A stretch of 64,000 nt of DNA from Octopus sinensis (lineage: Eukaryota), in assembly GCF_006345805.1 (NCBI RefSeq), contig NC_043014.1:19344001-19408000 (forward strand), read 5' to 3'. Under the pieces are notes generated by a model, which worked only from the letters and a program-made list of their open reading frames with translations, had not been told where the DNA came from and did not search any database. The position numbers and the translations under genes were made by a program. Below are positions 26,753-37,717 of the stretch, piece after piece. Positions within the stretch are counted from its first letter, which is position 1. Every line of letters starts with the position of its first letter.

Positions 26753-27146
26753 GTTTCAGTCATTGAACTCCGACTATGCTGGCACAGAGCTGATCGAGTC
26801 GATTCCAGTACTTGCCTTTTTTAAAGCCCGCTACTGAGTCTATCGTTCCCTCTTACCGAACCACTAGAACATAAGCATAACAACACGGTTTGTTAAGCCA
26901 TTTTGGGGCACAAACAAAGAAACACGCGGTCGGGCACGCATACACTCATACACACACATACATACATACAAATATATATGTATGACGGGTCTCTTTCAGT
27001 CCCGTTGACGAAATATACTTCTAAGTTTTTGGTCGGCTCGAAATTATCGCAGAAGATACATGCCCGAGGTATCAGGTGCTGGAACTGAATCCGAGACCCT
27101 GTTGCTGGGAAGCAAGCTTTTTACCACACAGAGCCAGGCCTGCGCC

Positions 27147-27147
<1 letters not shown>
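26753..27147 (-). mobile_element. SINE family A, diverged
   Basis: Tail, body and head are recognisable; abuts a large (TA) field. Confidence 0.8.
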
Positions 27148-27177
<30 letters not shown>

Positions 27178-27294
27178 GTATATACATATATATATATATA
27201 TGTATGCACATATATGTGTATATACATATACATATATATATATATGTATGCACATATATATGTATATACATATACAATATATATATATTATATA

Positions 27295-27338
<44 letters not shown>

Positions 27339-27379
27339 TATATACATATATATATATATACATATATATATATTATATA

Positions 27380-27426
<47 letters not shown>

Positions 27427-27432
27427 CATAAT

Positions 27433-27469
<37 letters not shown>

Positions 27470-27474
27470 CTTAC

Positions 27475-27532
<58 letters not shown>

Positions 27533-27570
27533 GCATGCATACACACTCACACACATAAATATATATACAC
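27148..27570. repeat. (TA)-rich microsatellite field
   Basis: Direct observation. Confidence 0.95.
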
Positions 27571-27989
27571 ACATGAACGTGCATAGCTCAGTGCTTATGT
27601 ATATATAAGATACACGACACGCCTCTCTTAATTTCCGTCAAACTAATTTACTCCAGCCCGAAGTTATAATAGAAGATCTTTACTTGAAGTGCAACGAAGT
27701 GGGATTCGACAGGAACTATGTGGATGAGAAGCTAAGTTCTTACTACACAGTCGTGCCTGCGCTTAGGAAAGTAATATGTTGAACCGAGATATACTTGTTT
27801 ATTTCCGTCCAAATTTCATCATCTGAGGATTGAACGGATAAACTACTTTTAAGATATTTGTAATAATCAAGAACGTTGAAATGCAAATGGATCTGACGTA
27901 GTGAAATTTACAATAACAAAAAATACTACACTTGTTTTGTGGATTTGAGTGTCATTAACGGAAATTTGACTTTGGTGCATTAGAATCAA

Positions 27990-28795
27990 TTTTCTGATAT
28001 CTGTCATGGACCCCCACCCAAACCCGGTCAATTTGTGGAGCGAATATCTCCAGAAATTATAGGCTGTCCTACTTCCTCTCACAGTTATTACGACCGCTCA
28101 TAGAAATGTCCCCAGATGTCTGTGAGCACTGAAGACCTCCTCAGGAAAATCAGTACTTGCAACCACTGCGACGACCTCACATGTTGTGTAGTAGGTAGTA
28201 TGGATGTAATTTCACTCCACCCATCTATAGACATAGATTTTGCTGTGGAGAAATGCAATGAGACAATCTGTGAGAGTGAAATAGAGTTCCGTGAAGATAA
28301 CACGAGTGAACTAGGCCTCCTCCTTAGACTAAGCTACGACAGTGACTATTTAGACGACCATGATCTCAGTAGATTCTGCCCCACCAGGTCACAGAGAGGA
28401 AGACCACCCACCATCACCTGAGTAGTGAAGAAAAGCATCGCAGAATGCTGGAGTAGCTAGACCGTACCCACCCAAGACCCTGAGAACAGCAATCAGGTGA
28501 AAGAAATGTTTGAATATGCAATAGGGGCTAGCATAAGAACCACCTTGCAGAACCACAGTAAAGTTTGATAAGAAACTATACATGCAGAATCAAGGTGCAG
28601 CCATTGGTGTCGGTGCAATTGAAGATGTGGTCGTCCTCTTCATTATGTGGTGGGACAGAAAACTTAAGTAATCCTTAGCAGAACAGGACTCATTAACTTT
28701 ACAGTAGGTATGTAGACGATATTAATATCCTAGTTAAGACCAACTATACTAACGGTAATGTAGAAACTGAGAGGAACATAATGGTGAGCATCCAG
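27990..28795 (+). mobile_element. Penelope-like reverse transcriptase fragment (decayed)
   Basis: Across frames: TRSICGAN..NYRLSYFLSQLLRPL..CESTEDLL, GSMDVISLHPSID, LYMQNQGAAIG...LFIMWWDRKL and RYVDDINI. Confidence 0.8.
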
Positions 28796-28799
28796 CGCG

Positions 28800-30360
28800 T
28801 AGCTAACTCAATCCATTCTTCGAGCTTTCCGTCATCTCCAGTCCGACCCGTCCACTTCACACCTCTTCCCTAACCGACCCCTCCCCTCTTTCAAACGAGC
28901 CCACAACCTTCGAGACCTTTTGGTCCATAGCTCCTTCCCTGACCCTACCTCCCAACCCGGCTCGTTCCCCTGCTCCCGCCCACGTTGCCGCACTTGCCCT
29001 TACCTCTCCAACACCACCCGCCTAACTAGCACCCACCATCGATCCTATCCCATCATCCACTCCTTCACCTGCACCTCCAGCAATATTATCTATTGCATCT
29101 CTTGCTCTCTCTGCAATTCCTTGTACATCAGACAAACGGGACGCCGCTTGGCTGACCGGTTCGCGGAACACCTTCGTGACATCCACCTTGCGAACGACAC
29201 ACCGGTCTCACGCCATTTCCGCTCCACCGGTCACTCCTTGCAACACCTATCTGTGTTCGGTTTGTCCTTACACAGAGGCCATCCGGATTCCCGTTTGCGC
29301 CGTGAACAGGAATTAACCTTCTCTCTTCGCTCTTATACGCCATTTGGTCTCAACTCTCCCCCCTCCTCATCTAACCCCCCTCTCCCCCCTCCTCACCTAT
29401 CCTTTTCCCCCCGACCCCTACTTCTTCAGTCCTTCATCCTTTCACCCCTACTCCCCTTCCCTTCTTCCCTCTTTCTCCCTCCCTCCTTCCCTCTTCCCCT
29501 TCCCTCTGCTCCCTCACTCCCCTTCTCTCTCCCCCTCTCCTCCTTCCCCCCTCCTCCCCTTCCTTCTCCCCTCCTCTCTCTCCCCCCTCCTCTCCTCTTC
29601 CCCCTCTCCTCCCCCTCTTCTTCCCCTCCCCTTCTCCCCCTCTTCTCCCCCCCCTCTTCTCCCCATCCCCCTCTTCTCCTCACTACACCACACGACTTTA
29701 CACATCACATCATATATGATGTGCCATACTAATACATACACCAACTAATACATACTAATACGTACTAATACATACTAATACATACTAATACATACACCAA
29801 CCCTATACATACACACGTCCAGACCCCTCATACGCACTTATACTCTCTCATACACACACACACACACTTATACATACTAATACGTACTAATACATACTAA
29901 TACATACTAATACATACACCAACCCCATACATACGCACGTCCAGACCAATCCTACGCATTAATACTCTCATACACACACACACACACACCCTTATACATA
30001 CTAATACATACACCAACCCTATACATACACACGTCCAGACCCCTCCTACGCACTATTAGCTGGTCCTTCAACCCTATTTTCAACCCTATTATCAACCCTA
30101 TTATCAACCCTATTATCTCCCCTTATTTCGCTCTCGCGTCTCATGTTTGATCTTTGATCTCTGGCCGAAATCAGATCGCCATGTTGATTCGCATTTTTTT
30201 TTCTCTCCTTCTTTCTCTCTGTGTATCTTTCTGTTGAAGAGCGTAGGCTCGAAACGTTAAAGACTTGTTTTATTTATATTTCCTGAGCGCCATACTAATA
30301 CAATTGTTCGTTTGTTTTCCACCTACCTTCGTCTTTTCTCTATTTACATAAAGCTTTCCG
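28800..30360 (+). mobile_element. Neptune-like Penelope element, 5'-truncated: GIY-YIG domain, repeat-rich 3' UTR, pseudo-LTR with hammerhead, ending at (TA)n
   Basis: ILRAFRHLQSDPS...FKRAHNLRDLLVHSS, CSRPRCRTC, and FTCTSSNIIYCISCSLCNSLYIRQTGRRLADRFAEH. Hammerhead at 30226-30263; (TA)n starts at about 30362. Confidence 0.88.
30226..30263 (+). ncRNA. Minimal type I hammerhead, core substitution at position 6
   Basis: TCTTT-CTGTTGA-A-GAGC(GTAG)GCTC-GAAA-CG-TT-AAAGA. Stems I and II are perfect; the core reads CUGUUGA instead of CUGANGA. Confidence 0.75.
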
Positions 30361-30504
<144 letters not shown>

Positions 30505-30668
30505 GGCGCAGGAGTGGCTGTGTGGTAAGTAGCTTGCTAACCAACGACATGGTTCCGGGTTCAGTCCCACTGCGTGGCATCTTGGGCAAGTGTCTTCTGC
30601 TATAGCCCCGGGCCGACCAATGCCTTGTGAGTGGATTTGGTAGACGGAAACTGAAGAAGCCTGTCGTA

Positions 30669-30718
<50 letters not shown>

Positions 30719-30912
30719 ATTGTACCCCTAGCATTGCTTGACACCGATGCTGGTGTGTTTACGTCCCTTTCACTTAGCGGTTCGGCATAAAAGACCGATA
30801 GAATAAGTACTAGACTTACAAAGAATAAGTCCCGAGTCGATTTGCTCGACTAAAGGCGGTGCTCCAGCATGGCCGCAGTCAAATGACTGAAACATGTAAA
30901 AGAGTAAAAGAG
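30505..30912 (+). mobile_element. SINE family A, full length, young
   Basis: Complete head (GGCGCAGGAGTGGCTGTGTGGTAAG) through tail (AAAAGAGTAAAAGAG), inserted in (TA)n. Confidence 0.92.
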
Positions 30913-30968
30913 TATATATATATATAATATATAATATACATACAATATATACACACACACTCATATAT

Positions 30969-31036
<68 letters not shown>

Positions 31037-31037
31037 T

Positions 31038-31101
31038 GTAGCTTCAGGCCGACCACAGACTTGTGGGTGGATTTCGTCCACAGAAACAGAAATAAGACTG
31101 T

Positions 31102-31144
<43 letters not shown>

Positions 31145-31340
31145 TGTGTTGCGTGCTTGTTTGTAAACCCACCATGGCTTAACAGCTGATGTTGCTCTGC
31201 TTAAGTTCCCACAAATTAGCGGTTCGGTAAAAGACACTGATACAATAAGTTAAGTACTAGGCTTACAAAGAATAAATCCTGTGGTCCTTTTTATTCGCCC
31301 AATGACGGTGCTCTAGCAAGATCACAGTCACGTGACTGGA
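31038..31340 (+). mobile_element. SINE family A, old partial copy
   Basis: Diverged match to body and tail. Confidence 0.7.
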
Positions 31341-31485
31341 CATTGTTTATGTATATGCGTGCGTGTGTATGTTTGTACATATACTTGTATACGTGTATGT
31401 GAGTCATCGTGTAGTTCTGTATGTGTGAGCGATGTTTATATATCTACATTTCGACATATGTTTATATATATAAGTATAAATAAAT

Positions 31486-31610
31486 ATGTTGGCCTGCTCG
31501 CTTAGCCAGCGGGGTGGCGTCATTCGAAGGTTAAAACAATGTGAACGCATTGTGACCAGTGATGAGTAGCAACATCTGATGGTTTGGTCGGTCACGTGAT
31601 CAAGTGATAT
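31486..31610 (-). repeat. Short interspersed repeat X (unclassified); diverged second copy at about 34735-34830 (+)
   Basis: Reverse complement aligns with 34735-34830 (GATGTT, CTGGT-ACAATGC, GTTTTA-C-TTCGAAT-ACGC, G-TGGCT). Confidence 0.6.
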
Positions 31611-32329
31611 AGTAATATACAAGTATGTATGTCTGTGTATGTGCGTGTGCGTGTGTGCATGTGTGTGTCTCAAGCGTTAGTACGTATATGTGAACGAACA
31701 TGTATGTGTTCGTATAGGCCGAATCTTAAAGGTCAGCAAAGTACAATCGCACGTGTAACCAACCACGAAGTACAAATCAACAGTACAAAGAAATCAAATG
31801 CCAATCATTTTAAAACGGCAAGCACTTTGGCAATGGCAGAATCACCATCCCCCAACATCTACACATTCAAAGTAAATTGTCAAAGGTCCTTCAACAATAC
31901 CACACCTGATAAATTCAGTGATTACTACTAAATTCAGGCCACAACAGACAGAGTGGATGTTCTTGAAGCCGAGGATTTTAAACTTACATAGACAACATTT
32001 ACATATCGCCTGAGGAAACACAACTAGATCTCATAATGTAGGGAAGCGGTTGCATAATCAAGTACATGCACGTATTGAGAACTATGTTACGTGGAAACAA
32101 ATGCAGTGATTAAACAATAAACGTCCAACTGTACTCCTTCCTTGCATCCAATGTTTTCAATTATATATATGTGTGTGTGTGTGTGTATAAGAATACGAGA
32201 GGTTTAGCTTACTTGTGATCTAAACGAATAGGTACGCAGGGCAAGTGCTATAGTTGGCCGATCATTAGGTTCCAAGATCACAGCTAAGGGTGGATCTAGG
32301 GATCAGTCTTAGGGTTCTATTATAGCGTG

Positions 32330-32870
32330 TATATATTATATTAGAGGAAAAAATCAGACCCAAGGCAGAACGAGTATCTCTAGTCATTTAGAATAATTTA
32401 ATTTGGATAAGATGAATTTGAAATCTTACTGCTGTTTCTGGGATAACCCAAGTGGTTGGTTAGGATCTCCGTGCACTGGGTATTCCGTCACCAGAGACAA
32501 GGTATGAACATTTTAGAGGGTGAGAATTTACAGTTTACAAGGAATAAATTTCACAGTTTATAAAGAATATAATAGAAGAATAAAAAGTATAGGTAGAATA
32601 TAGTCACGAGAATAATATTCACAACTCATCATTTTCCATAGGATATGGATATTGGTTGGTACTCCCATGAACACTCTCCCCGTCTAAAATATTCAAACCT
32701 TGTCTCTGATAACGAATACACAGTGCACGGACATGCTGAGCAGGCACTTAAGTTATCCCAGATACAGCTGTAAGACTTCAAATTCACCTCACCCTAATTA
32801 AATTATTCTAAATGACTTAAGATACACGTTCTGCCTTGGTTTTGATTTTTCCTCTAAAATAATATATATA
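32330..32870. mobile_element. Fold-back element: two inverted ~195-bp PLE-type termini, each with a degenerate hammerhead
   Basis: 32330-32528 is the reverse complement of 32674-32870. Hammerhead motifs lie at 32424-32498 (-) and 32702-32776 (+). Both outer ends abut TA-rich repeats. Confidence 0.8.
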
Positions 32871-32871
32871 T

Positions 32872-32907
<36 letters not shown>

Positions 32908-32956
32908 ATTATTATTATTATATATTATTATTATTATTATTATTATTATATTATTA

Positions 32957-33002
<46 letters not shown>

Positions 33003-33032
33003 TTATTGTTATTATTATTATTATCATTATTA
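32871..33032. repeat. (TA)n then (TTA)n arrays
   Basis: Direct observation. Confidence 0.95.
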
Positions 33033-33116
33033 GGGAAGATTAATTCCGAGTCCGCTGGAATGAGACGTTCAAATTAAAGGTACTAAATTGAACTTCTCTC
33101 AATATTTTATTCTAAT

Positions 33117-33652
33117 ATATAAAAGCAGTTTTAGAGACAGAACCACCCTCAACTCAATCAACATTGAAAGATAGGATACCTGGCACGCTAGAAGGAATAG
33201 CCAAAATCCTGTTTTAGCTTTCGTATTTTTTATTCGTATTTTTATCCTGTTGTATTCCTTCAATTTATATTCCTTAAATTTTTAAGGTTCATTCATCATT
33301 TTTATTTTTATTCATTAATTTGTAAAGTAAAATTATGTTAACGACTTTTAGTCAAATATTTTCAATTATTATAGATTTATATAGGATGTAGATATAGTAA
33401 TAAATGTGAAGAATCCAGACCTGAAGTTTGGGGGTACGTCGACCTAATTGAGTATTAAAACTAGAGACCTTATATCTCAACAATACCGACATACTGTCCT
33501 GAAACGCGTGTTGTCTTTAAAATGGAAAGTATGGGATTCTGAATAGATATAGTAAGTATCATATTTAATATTTTATGGCTCGGTCGGATATAACATATTT
33601 CACTGTTGATTGAGTTGAGGGTGGTTCTGTCTCTAAAACTACTTTTATATAC
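33117..33652. mobile_element. Element with ~54-bp terminal inverted repeats and a degenerate hammerhead-like motif (33417-33516)
   Basis: ATATAAAAGCAGTTTTAGAGACAGAACCACCCTCAACTCAATCAACATTGAAA (33117-33170) is inverted at 33599-33652. Internal AGAC-CTGAAG...GAAACGCGT...GTCT. Confidence 0.7.
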
Positions 33653-33720
33653 TTTTATATATACTGATAGAGATAGATAGGTAGATAGACAGACACGCAC
33701 AGACAGATAATTTAACTTAC

Positions 33721-33819
33721 CTTGTATCCTATTAATGTGTTATCTCTAAACTCGGACGGTTTTAATTTCATTAGCACTTCTTCTAGCTGTGTGAGATTCT
33801 CTTTGCTCCGTGTCTTCAT
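33721..33819 (-). CDS. PLEKHG7: PLEKHG7-like exon: MKTRSKENLTQLEEVLMKLKPSEFRDNTLIGYK
   Basis: 99 bp, TTTTCTTCAG acceptor and AAG|GTAAGT donor, phase 0/0. Joins in frame to NLHWSDL across a 19.5-kb intron. Confidence 0.85.
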
Positions 33820-33857
33820 CTGAAGAAAATATCAAGAAATTACTGATAGCGACTACA

Positions 33858-33934
<77 letters not shown>

Positions 33935-34313
33935 GTTGTTGTCGTTGTTGCTGTTGTTGTTGTTGTTATTATTATTATTATTATTATGCAAAATTTGTGT
34001 TTTTTAGTAGTTTCATTTAACGTGAATACAGAGTTGTGCTACGGTTTCTATTGTGAAAGTTGAGAGATAATCATGCTTGGACGACTACACTAAAAAGTAA
34101 TAAAAAATGAAAATGCTAAAAACTAAGATGTAGAGGCTTGCATAACGGGATCTATTCAGAAACAAATAATTCAACGAACATGTACTCAGTATTTGCTTTC
34201 ATATATATTTGAGTTTCTCCCCCCGCTCTCTCTCTCTTTTACACTTTCTCTTTTTCTCTCTCTCTTCCTCCTTAAATCTCAGATGTGTGTGTATCTCTTT
34301 TATATTTTTAAAC

Positions 34314-34659
34314 GCCTAGTACTTATCTTGTCGGTCTCTTTTAACGAAACAATAAGTTACGGGGATGTAAACACACCAATACCGGTTTTCAAGTGTCGAT
34401 GGGGGGGGGACAAACACCGACACAAAGACACAAGCACACACACACATACACATGCACACACACATACAAATACACATCTAAATATACATATATATATATA
34501 TATACATATGACGGGCTTCTTTCAGTTTCCACTTACTAGGCTTTGGACGGCCCGAAGACATAGTAAAAGACATTTATCCAAGGTGCTCAGCAGTGAGACT
34601 GAACCCAGAGCCATGTGGTTAGGAAGTAAGCTTCTTACCACGCAACGACGCCCGCGCCT
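34314..34659 (-). mobile_element. SINE family A (tail truncated)
   Basis: Head and body match. Confidence 0.85.
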
Positions 34660-35240
34660 ATGTATATGTATAGTTATACATTTGTTTGCGTTTTTGGGCT
34701 TTTGTGTATGTATTTATGTATGTGTATCACGGTGGCGGGTAGATTATCGGGGATGTTATCGTACACAGCTGGTGACAATGCACTTCGGACCGTTTTAGCT
34801 TTCGAATCACGCTTCTCCGTTGGCTTGGACAACATTAACCCCGAACAGAAATCAAGTTCATTGGAGTTTCACGGATTGGACATTTTACTCAATAATACTA
34901 CTCAAAAACACAACGGACAACTGGTTTGGGAAGGGAAACAACAAGCTAGTGATCCTGAGTGCAACACCCAAATAACTAAGCCACGCACCTTCTCTTATGT
35001 ATTTATACAGGTACGACTTTGATTTTCCGGAACATTTCGTTCCAAAGTCTTCACGGATTACTGATGTCTTTCCGAATCAGCAGTGGTGATTATTAGATTA
35101 GTATAAATGATACAAGTCTATTAATATTGTATGGTGCAAAGTACTAGTCTCTGTAAAGTGCAAGTAAACTCCTCTTGCTCGTAAAGTAACGCATACTATC
35201 AGATGTTTCGGACTGTCAGTGTCCGAAAAGTAGTTGTATA

Positions 35241-35454
35241 CTCTTTACACTTTTACTTGATTCAGTCATTTGACTGTGGCCATGCTGGAGCACCGCTATT
35301 AATCGAGAAAATCGATCGCAGGACTTATTCTTTGTAAGTCTAGTACTTATTCTATCGGTCTCTTTTGCCGAACCGCTAAGTTACGGGGACGTAAACACAC
35401 CAGCATCGGTTGTTAAACGATGTTGGGGGTACAAACACAAGCACACAAACATAT

Positions 35455-35485
<31 letters not shown>

Positions 35486-35644
35486 CATATATACGACGGG
35501 CTTCTTTCGGTTTCCGTCTACCAAATCAACTCTCAAGGCTTTGGTCGACCTGAGGCAACAGTAGAAGACACTTGCCCATGGTGCCACGCAGTGGGACTGA
35601 ACCCGGAACCGTGTAGTTCGTAAGCTACTTACCACACAGCCATG
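35241..35644 (-). mobile_element. SINE family A, near full length
   Basis: Tail to head match. Confidence 0.9.
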
Positions 35645-36032
35645 AACATATATACAAATACGCAAAGACACACACACACTCACACACAAATACACATACA
35701 TGCATACCTAGACATTTATAGACGTATACATACGCATATAGAGGCAGACATACATACATACAACCATACATACATACATACATACATACATACATACATA
35801 CATACACAGAATGGCGTATTAATTCAACATATTCCTGGATCTTTTTAAGGACCTAGTCTTGCTTCACAAGGCAATGGTATACACACATAAACTGAGACGA
35901 CCGCTACATTCAGAGCAGTCTAAAATAAAACAATACCAGTAAAAGAATTTAAAATAAAAATTTTAAAAAAAACAGTTGCTGCAAGGAAGAATATAAACTG
36001 AATTGTAAAGTACAGCACAAATATTTACTTAC

Positions 36033-36079
36033 CAATCGGAGAAGAGAAAATGTTTGTCGACTTTTTTTAGAATCAGCAA
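36033..36079 (-). CDS. PLEKHG7: PLEKHG7-like 47-nt small exon: (V)ADSKKSRQTFSLLRL
   Basis: TTTTACAG acceptor and TTG|GTAAGT donor. Phase 1 in and phase 0 out, exactly bridging exons 37542-37717 and 33721-33819. Confidence 0.8.
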
Positions 36080-36384
36080 CTGTAAAATATAATCGAAAAA
36101 CATATTGAATCAGGAAAATTATACAGTTTAGGGCGATAAAGCACATGTTTAAAAATCGAAAATGTTTAAATAAATCTACACTGTTTTGAAAGTTTCGATT
36201 TGCTATCCTCATCCAATCTTGTCTGCATAAGTATGTACGTAGTATTTACAGGATTTCGGCAAGGTGCTTTAATATCAAATTTCTTAATGTGTGTGTGTAT
36301 AAATACTCATATACGTGTATGTTTTGTGTGAGTGTAACTAACTACCTGACACGGTTTTTCTGTCTGTTTCTCACTTTGTATACA

Positions 36385-36807
36385 TGTGGTAAGAAACTTA
36401 TTTCCCAGCCATATGGTTCCATGTTCAGTCCTACTGCGCGGCACCTTAGGCAAGTGTCTTCTACTACAGCATCGGGTCCCTCAAAGCCTTGTGAATGGAT
36501 TAGTCAGGCAGAAACTGAAAGAAGCTCGTATATATACATATGTATGTGTGTGTGTGTGTGTGTGTGTGCGTGCGTGTGTGTGTATTTATGCGTGTGTCTG
36601 TGTTTGTTCCTCACCCATATCGCCTGACAACCGATGATGGTGTGAGTTGACGTACCAATAAAATAGCAATTCGGCAAAAGAGTCCGATAGAATAAGTACT
36701 AGGCTTACAAAGAATAAGACCTGGGGTAGATTGCTGCGACTAAAACCGTTTAAGGAGGAGCTCCAGCATGACCGCAGTCAAATGACTGAAACAAATAAAA
36801 GAATAAA
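36385..36807 (+). mobile_element. SINE family A, near full length
   Basis: Head to tail match. Confidence 0.9.
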
Positions 36808-37541
36808 GGAATGTGTGTGTGTGTGTGTCTGTGTACATAAAGCTTCAGTCAATTGAAATATGCAGATGCTACTCTGGCTTCAATTGAAAGAGAATGCCAA
36901 ACCATCTCCAAATACGCAAACTGAACGTTGCAGTGTTCCGTGACCCTGGTCACGTAACAACATTTGTCATGTGATTCAAGTGATAGTTTCTTCAGTATGA
37001 AAATGTTTTACAGTATTGTGATAAAATACATATTTAATGTTTGCGACACATTATATGTGTGGAACGTATTTAGTCTTGCTGTATATGAGTACTGTGTGAT
37101 TAAGCGAATATTCTGTTTCAGTTCATGTGAAAGGTTTTTTATGGCATTACTACAAGAAAATCGACCTTATGGCTATGATCGTTCCTTGAATTGTATCAAT
37201 TAAATATGCACAGTTATTCTTTTACTGTTTGCAAGCATTGAACAGTGACCTTCCTCGATATAGTGCCTTAAGACGTTATATTACTTCGTTTACCAACTGC
37301 TACTTATGCCATGAATATAGCAAGTTGAAAGGAAAATGGGCTTGAAGGAAATATGAACACATCATCGCAAAGAATCATAACTAGGTGCCACAAATTACTG
37401 TGCCTTACGCCTGATCAATTTTCCAATCTGTTTAATATTATATATCGCATTATTTTAAATCGGCTTTCGTAATGGAATTATAGAAATATTTACTTATGAG
37501 AAGAAAGGAGACAAGAGAATTATTTTGCATCATAAGCTTAC

Positions 37542-37717
37542 CTGACTCAGAGTAGATGGTGGGTAAATCTTGCCTTGTAGCAAAATCTGCCACAGTATTT
37601 CGTTTTGTAAGCTTTTTATTATGGGGTGGAACTCTGTGTCCTAGAAGGTCACCTGGGTACACTGTCATTGGAATATCCACAGAGCTGCGCCTTCGCCGTA
37701 GACGTCCCGCTAAGTTA
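37542..37717 (-). CDS. PLEKHG7: PLEKHG7-like exon: NLAGRLRRRRSSVDIPMTVYPGDLLGHRVPPHNKKLTKRNTVADFATRQDLPTIYSES
   Basis: 176 bp, TTTTGTAG acceptor and CAG|GTAAGC donor, phase 2 in and 1 out. RRSS...VYPGDLL recalls the N-terminal motif of PLEKHG7 (recalled, not searched). Confidence 0.82.

Noticed and set aside
29360-29748. Pro/Ser/Leu-rich C-terminus of the 270-aa ORF and Gly/Arg/Glu-rich antisense ORFs
   Set aside because: Read-through into a pure C/T tract; only the GIY-YIG part is meaningful.
29730-30120. CRISPR-like repeat-spacer array or true telomeric array
   Set aside because: The units are tandem without unique spacers, the context is eukaryotic with no cas genes, and the AACCCT hexamers are separated by 6-bp spacers rather than contiguous.
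33811-33860. CTGAAGA...GAAA hammerhead-like string
   Set aside because: No stems I-III. It is simply the reverse complement of the splice acceptor of exon 33721-33819.
34660-35022. 120-aa plus-strand ORF, and an in-phase minus-strand alternative first exon 34731-34835 (MLSKPTEK...YDNIPDNLPAT)
   Set aside because: The core of the region is a diverged copy of repeat X (31486-31610), and the minus donor (GTGATA) is weak. There is no support without RNA data, though exonisation is not excluded.
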